35,643 bases of DNA from contig NIVC01004763.1 in assembly GCA_002269645.1 (NCBI GenBank), positions 1 through 35,643 of the forward strand, written 5' to 3'. The notes below the pieces were generated by a model that did not search any database, was not told where the DNA came from, and saw only the letters and a program-made list of their open reading frames with translations. Source of the DNA: Macrostomum lignano (taxonomy: Eukaryota). The position numbers and the translations under genes were made by a program. This document shows positions 11,287-27,281 of this stretch, piece by piece. Each line of letters starts with the position of its first letter. The first letter of the stretch is position 1.

Positions 11287-12642
11287 TATAGAATTTTCTA
11301 AAAAAGCAGGTAAGAAGCTTAGTCAAAAAGAATTATTAATACAATAATATAATATATAAACTTGTCTTTAATTTATTATTTATATAAATACATAACTATT
11401 CTATTAACTTAAAATAAGTTAGATTAGGCACAATCCTTAAAAATTGTGCATTATTTTTTGTTTAAAAACAACAATTTTAGAAATAAAAATTGATATTAAG
11501 AGTTAATATCTTACAAACAAAAACATACATAATATAGAGTTTATTATATAAAAGTAGAGCTTTATAATAGTAGACTAATAAAGTAAATAATATATTTTGT
11601 ATATAGCCATTGATTTTTATGCAAGTAGATAGGCTTTTTTTCCCTTGTTTGATTTTTGTAAGAACTTCTACATAAATTATTAACCAAATATCTTAATATA
11701 ATAGTATGTATAATGATACATATACCTACCAAATTAAATAGATATTTTTTTAAATGTATGTAGAGGATAGAGCATATTTTAGGAATATATAAAAAATAGA
11801 ATATCAATGCAACAACGTAAAAAAACAAAATAAAATAGCCCAATCTTCTTCTTAGAAAATGATATGCTAATTTTAAGAGTATGTAATTAGTTTTGGCGCT
11901 ATAACTACTTTATTCTAGCTCATTAATTATCTTGCTTAAAATTTCCCTTAAAAAACAGTAGGCCTAACTGATTACCTTATCATACACACTTCTTAATGCC
12001 TCAATAAATGTAGCATATCACTGTTAGTGTTATCATTTCAAATGAAGCGTAGTAACAGCATTTAGTTTAACTTTGTATTTGACTCTGATATTTAAGTGAT
12101 AGAGATATTAGATAAGACTGGAAAAAGACCAATATTTTGTTACATGGACTAAATAAGAATATACTCTTAGTTAATTACCTTAAAATAGTCGAGATCAGTT
12201 GTAAAATTCTTAACAAGTACTAAACAGTAACTTCAGCGAACAATTAATTTTCAATGAAAAAAGAGAGTGTGATGCAAAATCGAGGAATCCTCAGAGTCCT
12301 TTAAGTTCAGAGTTATAGTATTGAGCTCGTCGCATGAGGGGTTGCTTTTTAAAAATCACTCCTATATTACAGGTTGATGTGCATTAAGATATATTTATTT
12401 ATATTTGAGCATAACAAAACACTTTTTTGACGCTTAGTAAAATACTTTTAACGAAAAAGTACTTTCATGTGAAAAATGTGTCTTGATTTGTTAATCTAAA
12501 CACCGTTAACTTTTGTACGGTGTTTAGATTTAGAAATTTACATTTAACGCTTGCTTTAGTTTTTTTACTGACGGTTGGAAAAATAGAATTATTAATTTTC
12601 TCAAACTTCTTCAGTACGAGTATGATTCTGGGTATGTGATTC

Positions 12643-13702
12643 CAAGGACTTCTAGACTAACAGGACGTAAAACTCAAAGATCGTGCAATTTTTTGGAGGC
12701 CACGATTTCCTAGAAAAAATACACTGCGAAGATAGGAAAAAATCAGTTTTTCGTCACAAAATCTATGACTGTATTTGATCTGGGGCAGTGAAGACTACCA
12801 TTCTTTTAATTTAACATGCACAATATGTTACTCTATTATATTTTCATATAGCTGTGTAGTGAAGTTTTCATTTTCATATTGTTTTCACTTTATTTCATAA
12901 GCCCAAAGTTGCAAACTCACAAGTGGCATTAGCCAAACTTTTTGTGTTGTTCTTTTTAAAATAAAGTATAAAAACATTGCATGTAGGTACTCTTAGTCTT
13001 AAGCTATTATTGTAGGTTTAGTAACTATACTAATTCCTAGGCCTACTAGAACTAGACCTATCACTACACTATCTAGCCTAATAAGTAATTAAATTTAGAC
13101 AATGACTTAGAGATTAGTATATTTAGATTTTTTTATTATATATAGATTACCAATAAATAGTTTCATATGGTTGGTTACCTAGGCTTGAGAAAGCTGTATT
13201 ATCAGTTTTTAAGCCAAGCCTATAATGGCTATATTTAGGACTAAGATTTAAGAAGAATAGACTTAATCACAAAAATAGACCCTAACCATTTTTACTAGGT
13301 ATCTATAAGAAAAAACATTGATTAGTCCTTTTATAACTTTTATTTTAAAGGCTAAAAATATTATTATATTACAAATTTGAATAGCTTTTCTTTTCTTGAA
13401 TTTGATATTTGGCTAATGCCACTTGTGAGTTTGCAACTTTGGGCTTATGAAATAAAGTGAAAACAACATGAAAATGAAAACTTCACTACACAGCTATATG
13501 AAAATATAATAGAGTAACATATTGTGCATGTTAAATTAAAAGAATGGTAGTCTTCACTGCCCCAGATCAAATACAATCACAGATTTTGTGACGAAAAACT
13601 GATTTTTTCCTATCTTCGCAGTGTATTTTTTCCAGGAAATCGTGGCCTCCAAAAAATTGCACGATCTTTGAGTTTTACGTCCTGTTAGTCTAGAAGTCCT
13701 TG
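12643..13702. mobile_element. Non-autonomous foldback DNA transposon, P-superfamily-like
   Basis: 295-bp TIRs (12643-12937 and 13408-13702) differing at 4 positions; termini CAAGG...CCTTG; exact 8-bp TSD TGTGATTC at 12635-12642 and 13703-13710; 470-bp non-coding spacer. CA termini, an 8-bp TSD and long TIRs fit P/Galileo-type elements. Confidence 0.9.
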
Positions 13703-14258
13703 TGTGATTCCGTATGATTCCTCTGTGACAAAGAATCCCCCAATACAAAAATCCGGACCCGTTTCAGCTGTTCAATTCATTGATTGCCTCTCGGCTCTCG
13801 CATTTTAAAGTCCTTAGATTGGTCATGGTATTACTTGTATGAAGCACATGAAGCAGCACCTGCATGCATGCTGGGGTACGGGTGTCCTGTATACATTTTC
13901 TGTGTCCTATATGTGTCCTGTATACATTGTTCAGTATACCTAATAAAAACCTAACCTAGAAATCTATCTGTGTGCTGTTTAAAAAATACGAGTATACTTC
14001 TTTTATATCGTTAACATGCAATTGCTACGCGCTTACGTGCTTGAAACATACACAACCATAAGAAGACGTATATAGGAGTATTAATATAGGTAGCAGTCAA
14101 AATTGATTGCAGTATGCAGTGGGAAACTGTTCAGATATTGATTTGGAGTTGTCAAAAATGAAGCGGGATTTTTGGGTACACACAAACCATTTGAGTGTAA
14201 GTTTTGGAGCAACTCTGTGTCAAAATAAAATCGGCCGGACTTTGCAGTCAACCTTGTA

Positions 14259-18288
<4,030 letters not shown>

Positions 18289-18910
18289 TTAGGGCTTTCG
18301 TTTTGGATTACTTTACTGTTTATTTATATAGCTGTCTGCTTTTAACTGGCTAATGTTTTTGTTCTCGCTAGTCAGATGGCTTTGAGTGCTATAGCACGCG
18401 ATTTTCAGCCGATTTGGGGAAGTCGCGACCACTCGCGAACCCGCGGTGGCAGGAGCGGTGTCCGAACAGATTTCAAAGTGGGGCCTATTGGTTGGAGGGC
18501 ACATTGCACATGATTTTGTTTTAATCTAAGGGCACACAAACTGCTGCTGTTATGTCAGTTTGTGACATTGCGACAACCGTGTAGGCAAATATTCAATTCT
18601 GTGTTGAAAGTGGCCAAAAGTCTGAAAATGTTCGAATTTTCAACTAATTCAAACATTGCGCAACTGCACTGTACCATCAATTTATTAGTAAATATCTCAA
18701 ATGAATAAAAATTGCCAGGGCAAGACCAGTAATTTTCTGGATCTCTAGGCTGCCTCCATCAGTTCCTCTCTCTTTTATTATTTTAGCTGACGGCATTTTA
18801 ATGCATTTGGTTAATTTGCAGCGCCAGCAGCGGTTTATGTCCTGGGATTGCGGCGGACTTGGAATTTCGATCAGATCGAAATGCCAAAGTAAAAGGGCTG
18901 AATATTAAAA

Positions 18911-18975
18911 CAGGGCTTGGCAAACTCCGGCCTGAGGGCTAAATGTGGCCCGCAAAGCCTCTCTATCTGGCCCTT
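18911..18975 (+). mobile_element. Solo hAT(Charlie)-like MITE terminus
   Basis: CAGGGCTTGGCAAACTCCGGCC..GGGC.AAATGTGGCCCGC resembles the common CAGGGGT.GGCAAAC..CGGCCCGCGGGCC end of hAT MITEs. No partner end or TSD was found. Confidence 0.4.
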
Positions 18976-19597
18976 GGCTTCTATGAATCTTCACAATAGC
19001 AATCCGGCCTGCTCGATGTTTGCATCTCTTCTCATCTCTCTTCCCTCACCTCTCTTCTCAAAATTCTCTTCTCAATTTTCAAAATTAATTTTACTACTTT
19101 TTTAAGGTTAACTTTTTCGTCTTAATCCTTTAAGCAATTTGTTGGTTTTATTGTAACATATTAAATTACGCGATTTTTCAAAATTACATAGACCAATTTG
19201 GAAAAAAAATTGTCGAGTTCTCTTCTGTAGTAAGTAGTGTAGTATTGTTTTAGCTTTTTGTAGGTGAAGTATTTAAGTTTTTAAAGCTCGTTACAGTCGG
19301 CTGTAACCCAGATTCTTTTGTTCAGATATAATTAGACCAATGTAAAAATATGCTAGTTTACTTTAGGCCTAGCTTGCTAATGAGTATTAGTTATGCTGTG
19401 CAAATTAGAACATTAAATTAGTTTGACCTGCAGTAATTGCGAATAAAACTAGTCTGGAAAATTAAATTGGTTGGGCTAATCTTTCTGTAGGTGTTTGCAC
19501 TTTTGAAACAATTTTGTTACTTTGTTATAGTATCAGTGTTCATCAAGAAGTAAATTTACTTTTCTTAAAGTAGGCCTAATTTTTCAGCTTTTTAAGC

Positions 19598-22500
19598 ATG
19601 GCACCTATGAATGAAATTTCTGGCTCCATTATGGATATAGCACAAACTTTACAAAAAATTAATATGTATCCATACTTTGATATAGCAAATTATATTCTAA
19701 TGTGTTGTATTGTAAAGGAAGACTCTCCACAGATAGGTATGTGGTCATAACTCATTGATTGAGTTTTATTTTATTTTTTAATGTGTTATTATTTATTTTA
19801 ATGTTAAATTTCAATGTTGATAATAATTTTATTATATATTATTTTTTAGGGTAACAGTCCACTTTAGTAACAGTCACTTCAGTAACAAATGAGAATAATA
19901 TAATATGTATTAATTGATATGCTCCAAAAGGATGTGCAAAAAACTTTAAAGAAAGAACAACAAAGCACATACATACCTGCATGTGTTTAACTTGTTTAAA
20001 AGTGTTTTAACTGATCCATTTTTATTTCCGGATAAGTCAGATTATATGCACCTAAGTCTAAGACATCCTGTAATTGACCAAATTTTGTGTACTATATACA
20101 TTAGAATCTAAGTCACAGCAAATAGTGACTTAAAATTACAGAATCTACTTTTTTCTTCATTAATTATTTAATTTTTTTTTCAACTTTAATGTATGTATGA
20201 AAGCTCACTTTTCTACATTTTCTTTGCCTTTGAATTTTTCACAAAGTTAATGCGCAAGTTTAAACAAAGTAATATAGTTTAACTAGAAAGTTAAATGATA
20301 TGTGCAATAAGATATTTGAAATGTTAATTGTTAAACTAATTACCATAAAAATAAAGTGTTGACAATTGTAAATCCGCTTTGTCACTGAAGTAGCTATTAC
20401 CAAAATGGATTGTATTCATTTTTAGCATTATTTATTTTATGGTATTGACAACAATGTTAATGTTAATATTTTGATATATTATTATTTTATTTATTATATC
20501 AAAAGATTAGGCATATACTTATAGAATTAATATAGCTATAAATAGAATTAGAGTACCTATAATAGAAGTATATATAGCAAACAGTAAAAACTATTATTTT
20601 TGTATTTTTAATTATGATATAATATTTATTTATTATGTAATTATAGTATATACCAGGTTGTAGATAGTATACATGTATGCTAGAACTTTCTTGCATACAA
20701 AATGGCAATCCTAAGTCCTTGGCATACACAACTAGCATATACTACCCCTAGCGCACTTTGTTGGCATATACTATTGGCATACACAAGTAACACAACCATG
20801 CGTACTTTTTGGTATACAAATTTTGGTGAATAAATTCATGCCATGCATGAAAAATTATAATGTAAATTAACTTTTTTATATAAAGTAAAATAAAGTTTGT
20901 ATAGTCTAGAAAGTCAGTGATAAACTTGTTGTTATGTTAAATTGTTGTATTAAATTTTGTTATGAGAAATAAAAAATGTGAAAAAACAATTAAGGTGATA
21001 CAAAGAATTTTATTTATTCTTTCTAAAATAAAAATACATTTATATATTTTTCCAAACATTTTTCAATATCTATTTTTTGCATGTCTCTTTTAAAAGCAAA
21101 AAGGCCTCTCAACTAAGGCTCATAAAGTGGAACCCAAGTAACCTATGTATACAAATAATGTCATTCTGCTTATAGTGATACTAAGAAGCTAGATTTTGCA
21201 AAAAGTTACAAAAATTGACCTGGGATAAAAGAGAAAAAGCAATGGGATAATAAAAGACTTCTATGTAAAACTTAGCTCATAAGGTGGAGTCCCTAATTGT
21301 CCCCTTGCTTGTTCTCTCAAATCCTAGGCCTAATTTTTTGTATTTTTTTGCCAAGTCTAGCTTCCTGGTATCACTATCAGCACAATGACATATAATTTGT
21401 GTACATTATTTTTTGAAAGAAAAACAAAGCTTATATTTAACTACTTTTTACTTTATTAACTTTTTATTGGCTTATTGGACCCCTACCTATGTTCTAGAAA
21501 TAAAAAGCCAAGTTAATCCTTGGAATTTTAGTAAAATTTTTATTGAACTAGTATTTTCTAAAAAACCAATATTGCTTAATATCATTTCATCTATTTTCTT
21601 TCACTTAGCAATTGCGTTTGGTTTCAAAAAAGTAAAATTTCTCTCTTGCTAAGCATATATATTTGAAAAAATACCCATGCTTAGTAAAACCCCAATATGC
21701 AGGTTAGAGCACAGAATATACACAGAATGCCAATTCGAGCATTTTTGTTTAAAAAATTGGTGCAAGAATTGAAATCACACCAGCCTACTCTTGTTGTGAA
21801 GCTTTGATAAGTAGGGCTTGAGTTTTTGCCATAAACTATTCTAAGAGCGACTTTTATTCTTTGCTTTCAAATGAAAACTAAGTTCAGTCTGAGCTTTTCT
21901 GCACAGCATGGCTGGAAAATCCACTGTCAACCACTTGTTGGGCTGTCTATCGCAGACCAACAGCAACTGCGAGAACAATAACAGCACCTTGCTGACCAAG
22001 TTTCAGGCCAAAGTAATAGCAAGTGCAAGTGCACCCAGTCTTGGTCCACAGAGTGATGGTCTGATTTCAGCAGACTCCATTGAGGAAGCTCAAGACCTGC
22101 CTGCTGGCACAGTCGGCAGCATTGAGAATGAGAAGTGCGCCTACATTGGAGGCAGGCTGCTTTTCAAGCTATTCAAATCTGAGGGAAAATGCGAGGAGTG
22201 CCAGCAGTTGTTAAAAGGCGATGGCTCGGGAGAGATGCGCTTCCTGCAGCTCAAGAACGGACAGGGCGGGACTGGAAATCTGATCATTCCCAACAAGGCA
22301 GTCATATCTGCAGTCTGTCAGATGGAGTGCTCCTTCACGACAATGGACAAAGAGCTGTTCATTCTAAAGGATGTGAGCAAATGGCTTCAGGCAAAGTTCT
22401 TTCCCATTGTTCTTGCAAATATTCAGATGCACAGCTTGGATCACGGCAAATGCTGTGCTAAGGCAATGGCCAAGTTGTTTGCCAGACTTTGCCTGCATCA

Positions 22501-25500
22501 CTGGTGCAACAGTCAGAGGATGCTCACTTAGCAGAGAAAGCGGGGCGTACGACAGGAATAAAGAGAGCTGAAGAGAGGAAGAAGCTGATGCGATTAAATG
22601 CTGTTTAACTGTAGTTTAACTGTGATGCAAATGAATTTTGCTTAACTGGAGTTCTTCAGAGTGTTTGGTTTGTTTAGATAATAAAATATGAAAAAATGAT
22701 AAAATTTTACATTTGGTCCTCCAGGTAGGATCTCTGACTACCTGCAAGACTTTGCTAAATTATTCTTTGCTAATTTATACTACTGGCCATAGACTTCACA
22801 ACAAGAGTAGTGCATACAAATTTTAATTTGGCTTCATGGAAATTGCTTGATTTGGCATTCTGTGTATATTCTGTGGGTTAGAGTCTGACTAACCAAGATT
22901 AGATTTTTGTTTTCAAGTGAGATCAAGCAAGAATTTTATAAAAAATTGAGATTGAGATTAAGTCAATTGAGAATTAGAGATCTAGCTGAAATTGTAAATT
23001 TGTATAAGAAGAATAGTACTTATGATAAGATATATATAAAATTTAACCTATATTATAAGTAAGTAGATAATAATATAGAAGAAATGGTTCAAATGTGCCA
23101 TCACAATAATATATATATGCAGCAATATGCAAAAATAAGCCACTAACTCTGGCTGTGCCACTGTATGCCACTGTAAGATACATAAATAGGTTGAAGGTTG
23201 GTAATGGCCTACCAGGTAAGCCATAGTCAAGATCATGGCACGCCTGTGCTAGAACAAATCCTATCAAAATAGTTTGATTGTGCTATGTGCTAGAACTTTT
23301 TTGCAAAAAACAACAAAAGTCTGTATTTTCCCTTTAAAAAGACTGGTAAAACTTGTATTTGAATCTGTTTCATAGAAATACAATGTTAACATATTTTAAC
23401 TGAAAAAGCCGTCAATATACCAGCAAACAAAAAAGTGCTAATTATGCATTAGACAATGTGTTATTTGTTTTTTTATTTGGGGCTTCACAATATTTTTTAC
23501 ACTTTCTGTATTAAATTCAATCTTGCTCACTGTTCTCACATTCCAAGCCCATTCTTGAAATTTCAAGAATTTTTCAAAATGACCCAAAAAGGCTAAGTCT
23601 CAAAATTTTTAGATCAAGATCAAGATCTTGGTCTGACTCTAATTCAAGTTTCAATGGTTTTTTACTTTGCTTTCTAATATTTAACAATAAAAATGAAAAC
23701 ACTGTTCTTAGAAAAATTATATCAAGATAGAAAATACAGGTTTTTGTTATGTATTTATGCTGTTATACTTGTAGCTAAGAGTCATTTTATGGGATATAAT
23801 TAGGCATTAAATAGTTTTTTCAGTGCAATAGTAATTTGTTGCACATAGGCTAGTGTTCTTTTGTTTGCAATTCATATGGAATTCTTATATATTTATAAGA
23901 ATTGGGTTATCTACATTACTTGGTTACCTAGACTTTTAACCTTAAAAAAAATTTAAGATATCACTAAATTTAGCTCATTCGAAGTTTTTCAAAATTATAT
24001 TATATATTCAAAATCATGAAATCATGACAAAAATCATGAGTACAAATCTGCTTTAGAAATATTTGAAAATTTTCAACACAATTTGACAACAAACGCAGTA
24101 CAGTGAGAAGTATTTGTCATTAATTTAAACAAAAACCCAAAAAAATTGTAGGCAGCCAGTCTTTCTCGAGGCGACATCCATTTGCTTGCTGGCTGGCCAG
24201 TATGCTCATGTGCTTTGCTGGCCCAATCATTGCCAACTGCCTGCTTGGCGAATCAATTGTTGCTCCATTCAGGAATAACCGCGACATTTTGTTAGCCACG
24301 GCTGTCTGGTGAGGCAGCGGTTTTTATTGTGATTTGTGTCTCACGGGCGACTGGGATGAATCTGCAAACTGATAATTGAATTGCTTGCACTTCTATTTTA
24401 CTGTTGTCAGGTACATTATCAACTACATGCCATGGGACCTGGCATACAGAGCCAGCAAGTTTGTGCCAGTGCACACCGTCATCTGCCTGATGAAGGAGCT
24501 GCAACGAGCCAGGAAAATTTCTGACGGAGTCGCTTTCGCTTACAAGCTGAACCCAAGAGCCTACCTGGTTGTGCTTGCTATCGGCGTTGTCAAGGGTGAG
24601 GGCGAGTTATGGAAGTATGGAACTCTGTGTCTGACTGTCTCTGTGTCTGACTGTCTCTGTGTCTGACTGTCTCTGTGTCTGTCTGTCTCTGTGTCTGACT
24701 GTCTCTGTGTCTGACTGTCTCTGTGTCTGACTGTCTCTGTGTCTGACTGTCTCTGTGTCTGACTGTCTCTGTGTCTGACTGTCTCTGTGTCTGACTGTCT
24801 CTGTGTCTGACTGTCTCTGTGTCTGACTGTCTCTGTGTCTGACTGTCTCTGTGTCTGACTGTCTCTGTGTCTGACTGTCTCTGTGTCTGACTGTCTCTGT
24901 GTCTGACTGTCTCTGTGTCTGACTGTCTCTGTGTCTGACTGTCTCTGTGTCTGTCTGTCTCTGTGTCTGACTGTCTCTGTGTCTGACTGTCTCTGTGTCT
25001 GACTGTCTCTGTGTCTGACTGTCTCTGTGTCTGACTGTCTCTGTGTCTGACTGTCTCTGTGTCTGTCTGTCTCTGTGTCTGACTGTCTCTGTGTCTGACT
25101 GTCTCTGTGTCTGACTGTCTCTGTGTCTGACTGTCTCTGTGTCTGTCTGTCTCTGTGTCTGACTGTCTCTGTGTCTGACTGTCTCTGTGTCTGACTGTCT
25201 CTGTGTCTGTCTGTCTCTGTCTGTCTGTCTCTGTGTCTGACTGTCTCTGTGTCTGACTGTCTCTGTGTCTGTCTGTCTCTGTGTCTGTCTGTCTCTGTGT
25301 CTGACTGTCTCTGTGTCTGACTGTCTCTGTGTCTGTCTGTCTCTGTGTCTGACTGTCTCTGTGTCTGTCTGTCTCTGTGTCTGTCTGTCTCTGTGTCTGA
25401 CTGTCTCTGTGTCTGACTGTCTCTGTGTCTGTCTGTCTCTGTCTGACTGTCTCTGTGTCTGTCTGTCTCTGTGTCTGTCTGTCTCTGTGTCTGACTGTCT

Positions 25501-26889
25501 CTGTGTCTGACTGTCTCTGTGTCTGACTGTCTTCCTACGTCTATATGTCTGTCTGTATGTCTGACATACCTAGTTTTGTTATTTAGTATTTTATCCAGCT
25601 TCCATACGTCTTGGTTTGTGAGCCAATCTTCATTTGTTTGCAATTTTACGTATTGCAGGTTCCGGCTACCTAGAGATGAAGCTATTCGAGAGGCTGGTCC
25701 GAGGCCTCTGGCTGCCCGCTTCTAACGAGTGCCTGAAGCCCTGCTTGTAAGTTAGAGTTTCTATTTCTCTACGGTATTGAAATATTGAACACTATTCATG
25801 TGCTTTTTTTCATAATTTCGGCCTGTTGGAAATGACCCATTTGTGTATTTTTTCTACTGCAGCACCACAAAGGCCAGCTGCCTCATTGCGGCCGCCTTTC
25901 TACTAGAGAAGCTTGGCCGGCTGCCCTGCTCACACGATGGCGCCTTTCTGGCCGCTGTGCTTTCTCTGTTCTGCTTCAAGTGAGCGACAAATGTTTTTTA
26001 AAAGCGCTCTCTGTGCTTATATACCCAACGGTAGTCTTGAACCTCCTCTGGTACTGTAATCCCTCTTGGTATTGAGAGGAATTCTCTTTGGTAGCCAAAC
26101 GAATCCCGTTTTTAGTTGGGTAATCCACCCTCATTCGTACTAAAGGGGATACATATTGGTAGTCAGTGGAACGCCTATTAGTACATGGGGATTCTCATGG
26201 ATAGTTAGAGAATTTCTATCTTGTTAGTCGAGGGAATACCATGGTAGTCGGGGATTCTTATTTGCATGGGGAGGGGGAATCCCAATTTTGGTCAAGGGAA
26301 TCCCCATTGGTGGTTAAGTATTCCCCATTTGTGGTCAGGGCCGGAATCCTATTGGTGGTTAATGGAATCCCGATTGTTGATCTGGGAAATTCCCATTGGT
26401 GGTCAGGGGAATCCCCATTGGTGGTCAAGGGAAATCCCCATTTGTGGTCAGGGGAATCCTCCTTTGTGGTCAGGGGAATCCCCATTGGTGGTCAAGGGAA
26501 TCCCCATTTGTGGTCAGGGGAATCCCCATTGGTGGTCAGGGAAATCTTATTTTTTGTCATTTGAGGGAAGCATCATTGGCTATTCTAATCTTAACACGCA
26601 AGAAAAAAACTGCATCTTTTTAAAATTCTCCCTTCTTTCCAGGCTGGCCTCCAAACTGCTGCACATCCACGATCCTTTCCGGCCATTTGAGAGCGTCTTC
26701 TGCACCGTCCTCCTTGGCGGCCTGGTTGACGCCATACGCCGCGCAGCCGAGAGCTCCCCGGCTACGGCCGCGGTGCCTGCCACCGGAAAGACATCAGGCG
26801 GGCAGCAGCAGCACCAGCAGCAGAAAGATGTTAGCGATGGAACAGCTAACGGCTTGGCCAGAGACAAGGAGCAGAAGAAGAACGATTAA
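19598..26889 (+). CDS. TMEM38: Trimeric intracellular cation channel (TRIC)
   Basis: Exons 19598-19736, 24152-24308, 24411-24595, 25659-25746, 25863-25979 and 26643-26889, all GT-AG with matching phases. Total 933 nt = 310 aa, no frameshift. Motifs [87 protein letters not shown]. Confidence 0.93.
21710..22875 (+). mobile_element. Internally deleted P element in TMEM38 intron 1
   Basis: Perfect 24-bp TIRs CACAGAATATACACAGAATGCCAA (21710-21733 and 22852-22875), imperfect out to about 40 bp; exact 8-bp TSD GGTTAGAG (21702-21709 and 22876-22883); contains a transposase C-terminal exon. Confidence 0.88.
21908..22608 (+). pseudogene. P-element/THAP9-type transposase, C-terminal exon only
   Basis: Splice acceptor TTTTCTGCACAG at 21906. 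NSNCE...[28 protein letters not shown]...QMECSF and [12 protein letters not shown] follow the pattern of P transposase C-termini. A 1-nt frameshift near 22528 leads to a basic tail [14 protein letters not shown] (stop 22606-22608). THAP and catalytic regions are absent. Confidence 0.7.
24623..25531. repeat. 16-bp minisatellite, about 57 copies, TMEM38 intron 3
   Basis: Unit CTCTGTGTCTGACTGT with a GTCTGTCTGT variant. Confidence 0.97.
26272..26548. repeat. 21-22-bp minisatellite, TMEM38 intron 5
   Basis: About 12 units of (A/G)GGGAA(A)TCCCCATT(G/T)GTGGTCA, more degenerate toward the left. Confidence 0.9.
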
Positions 26890-27281
26890 GATGAGCAAAT
26901 CGACTTCTCGGAAACTTTTTAACCGTTGTTATCTGTTGGTTATGTTCTGGTCTGTGAGAGTTAATTGGCCGGTCAATCAGTGTTTAAACCAGCCCAATTT
27001 TTATTGGCTTTTGTCAGTAATTCTAGTCTAGTAGTCTACAATGTATTTGTAGTATTGAATTCGACCTTCGCTAATGAATCTGCATAGCGGTATTATATTA
27101 TTTGTATTGTTCGTCTGAAATGAACGAATAGATGCTTGTTAGCTTGGAAGCAAGCTCGGTACCATTTAACCTTCTTTCTGACTGCCGACTTTCAGCCCCT
27201 AATTTTTTTAGTCACCATACGAACACTTATGATTACGAATTTGCAAATCAAATCAGTCTCAATCATTTAAAGTCGAATGCT

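Noticed and set aside
11562-11843. Hydrophobic F/I/L/Y-rich ORFs in AT-rich DNA (also 20499-20738, 21413-21652, 23043-23267)
   Set aside because: Composition artefacts with no motifs; they do not resemble a mitochondrial insertion.
18727-18805. Candidate ZCWPW1-like first exon MPSAKIIKERG... on the minus strand
   Set aside because: The donor would be a poor GTCTTG; the 21-nt exon at 11277-11297 has canonical sites and its own ATG.
20713-20721. AAGTCCTTG identical to the foldback terminus
   Set aside because: A 9-mer can occur by chance in 35 kb; no partner end or TSD was found.
23130-23215. Alternative TMEM38 first exon ending CCA G|GTAAGC
   Set aside because: The phase fits but the sequence lacks the MYPYFD motif, which is present at 19598-19736.
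24561-25643. 360-aa [18 protein letters not shown]
   Set aside because: Antisense reading of the 16-bp intronic repeat.
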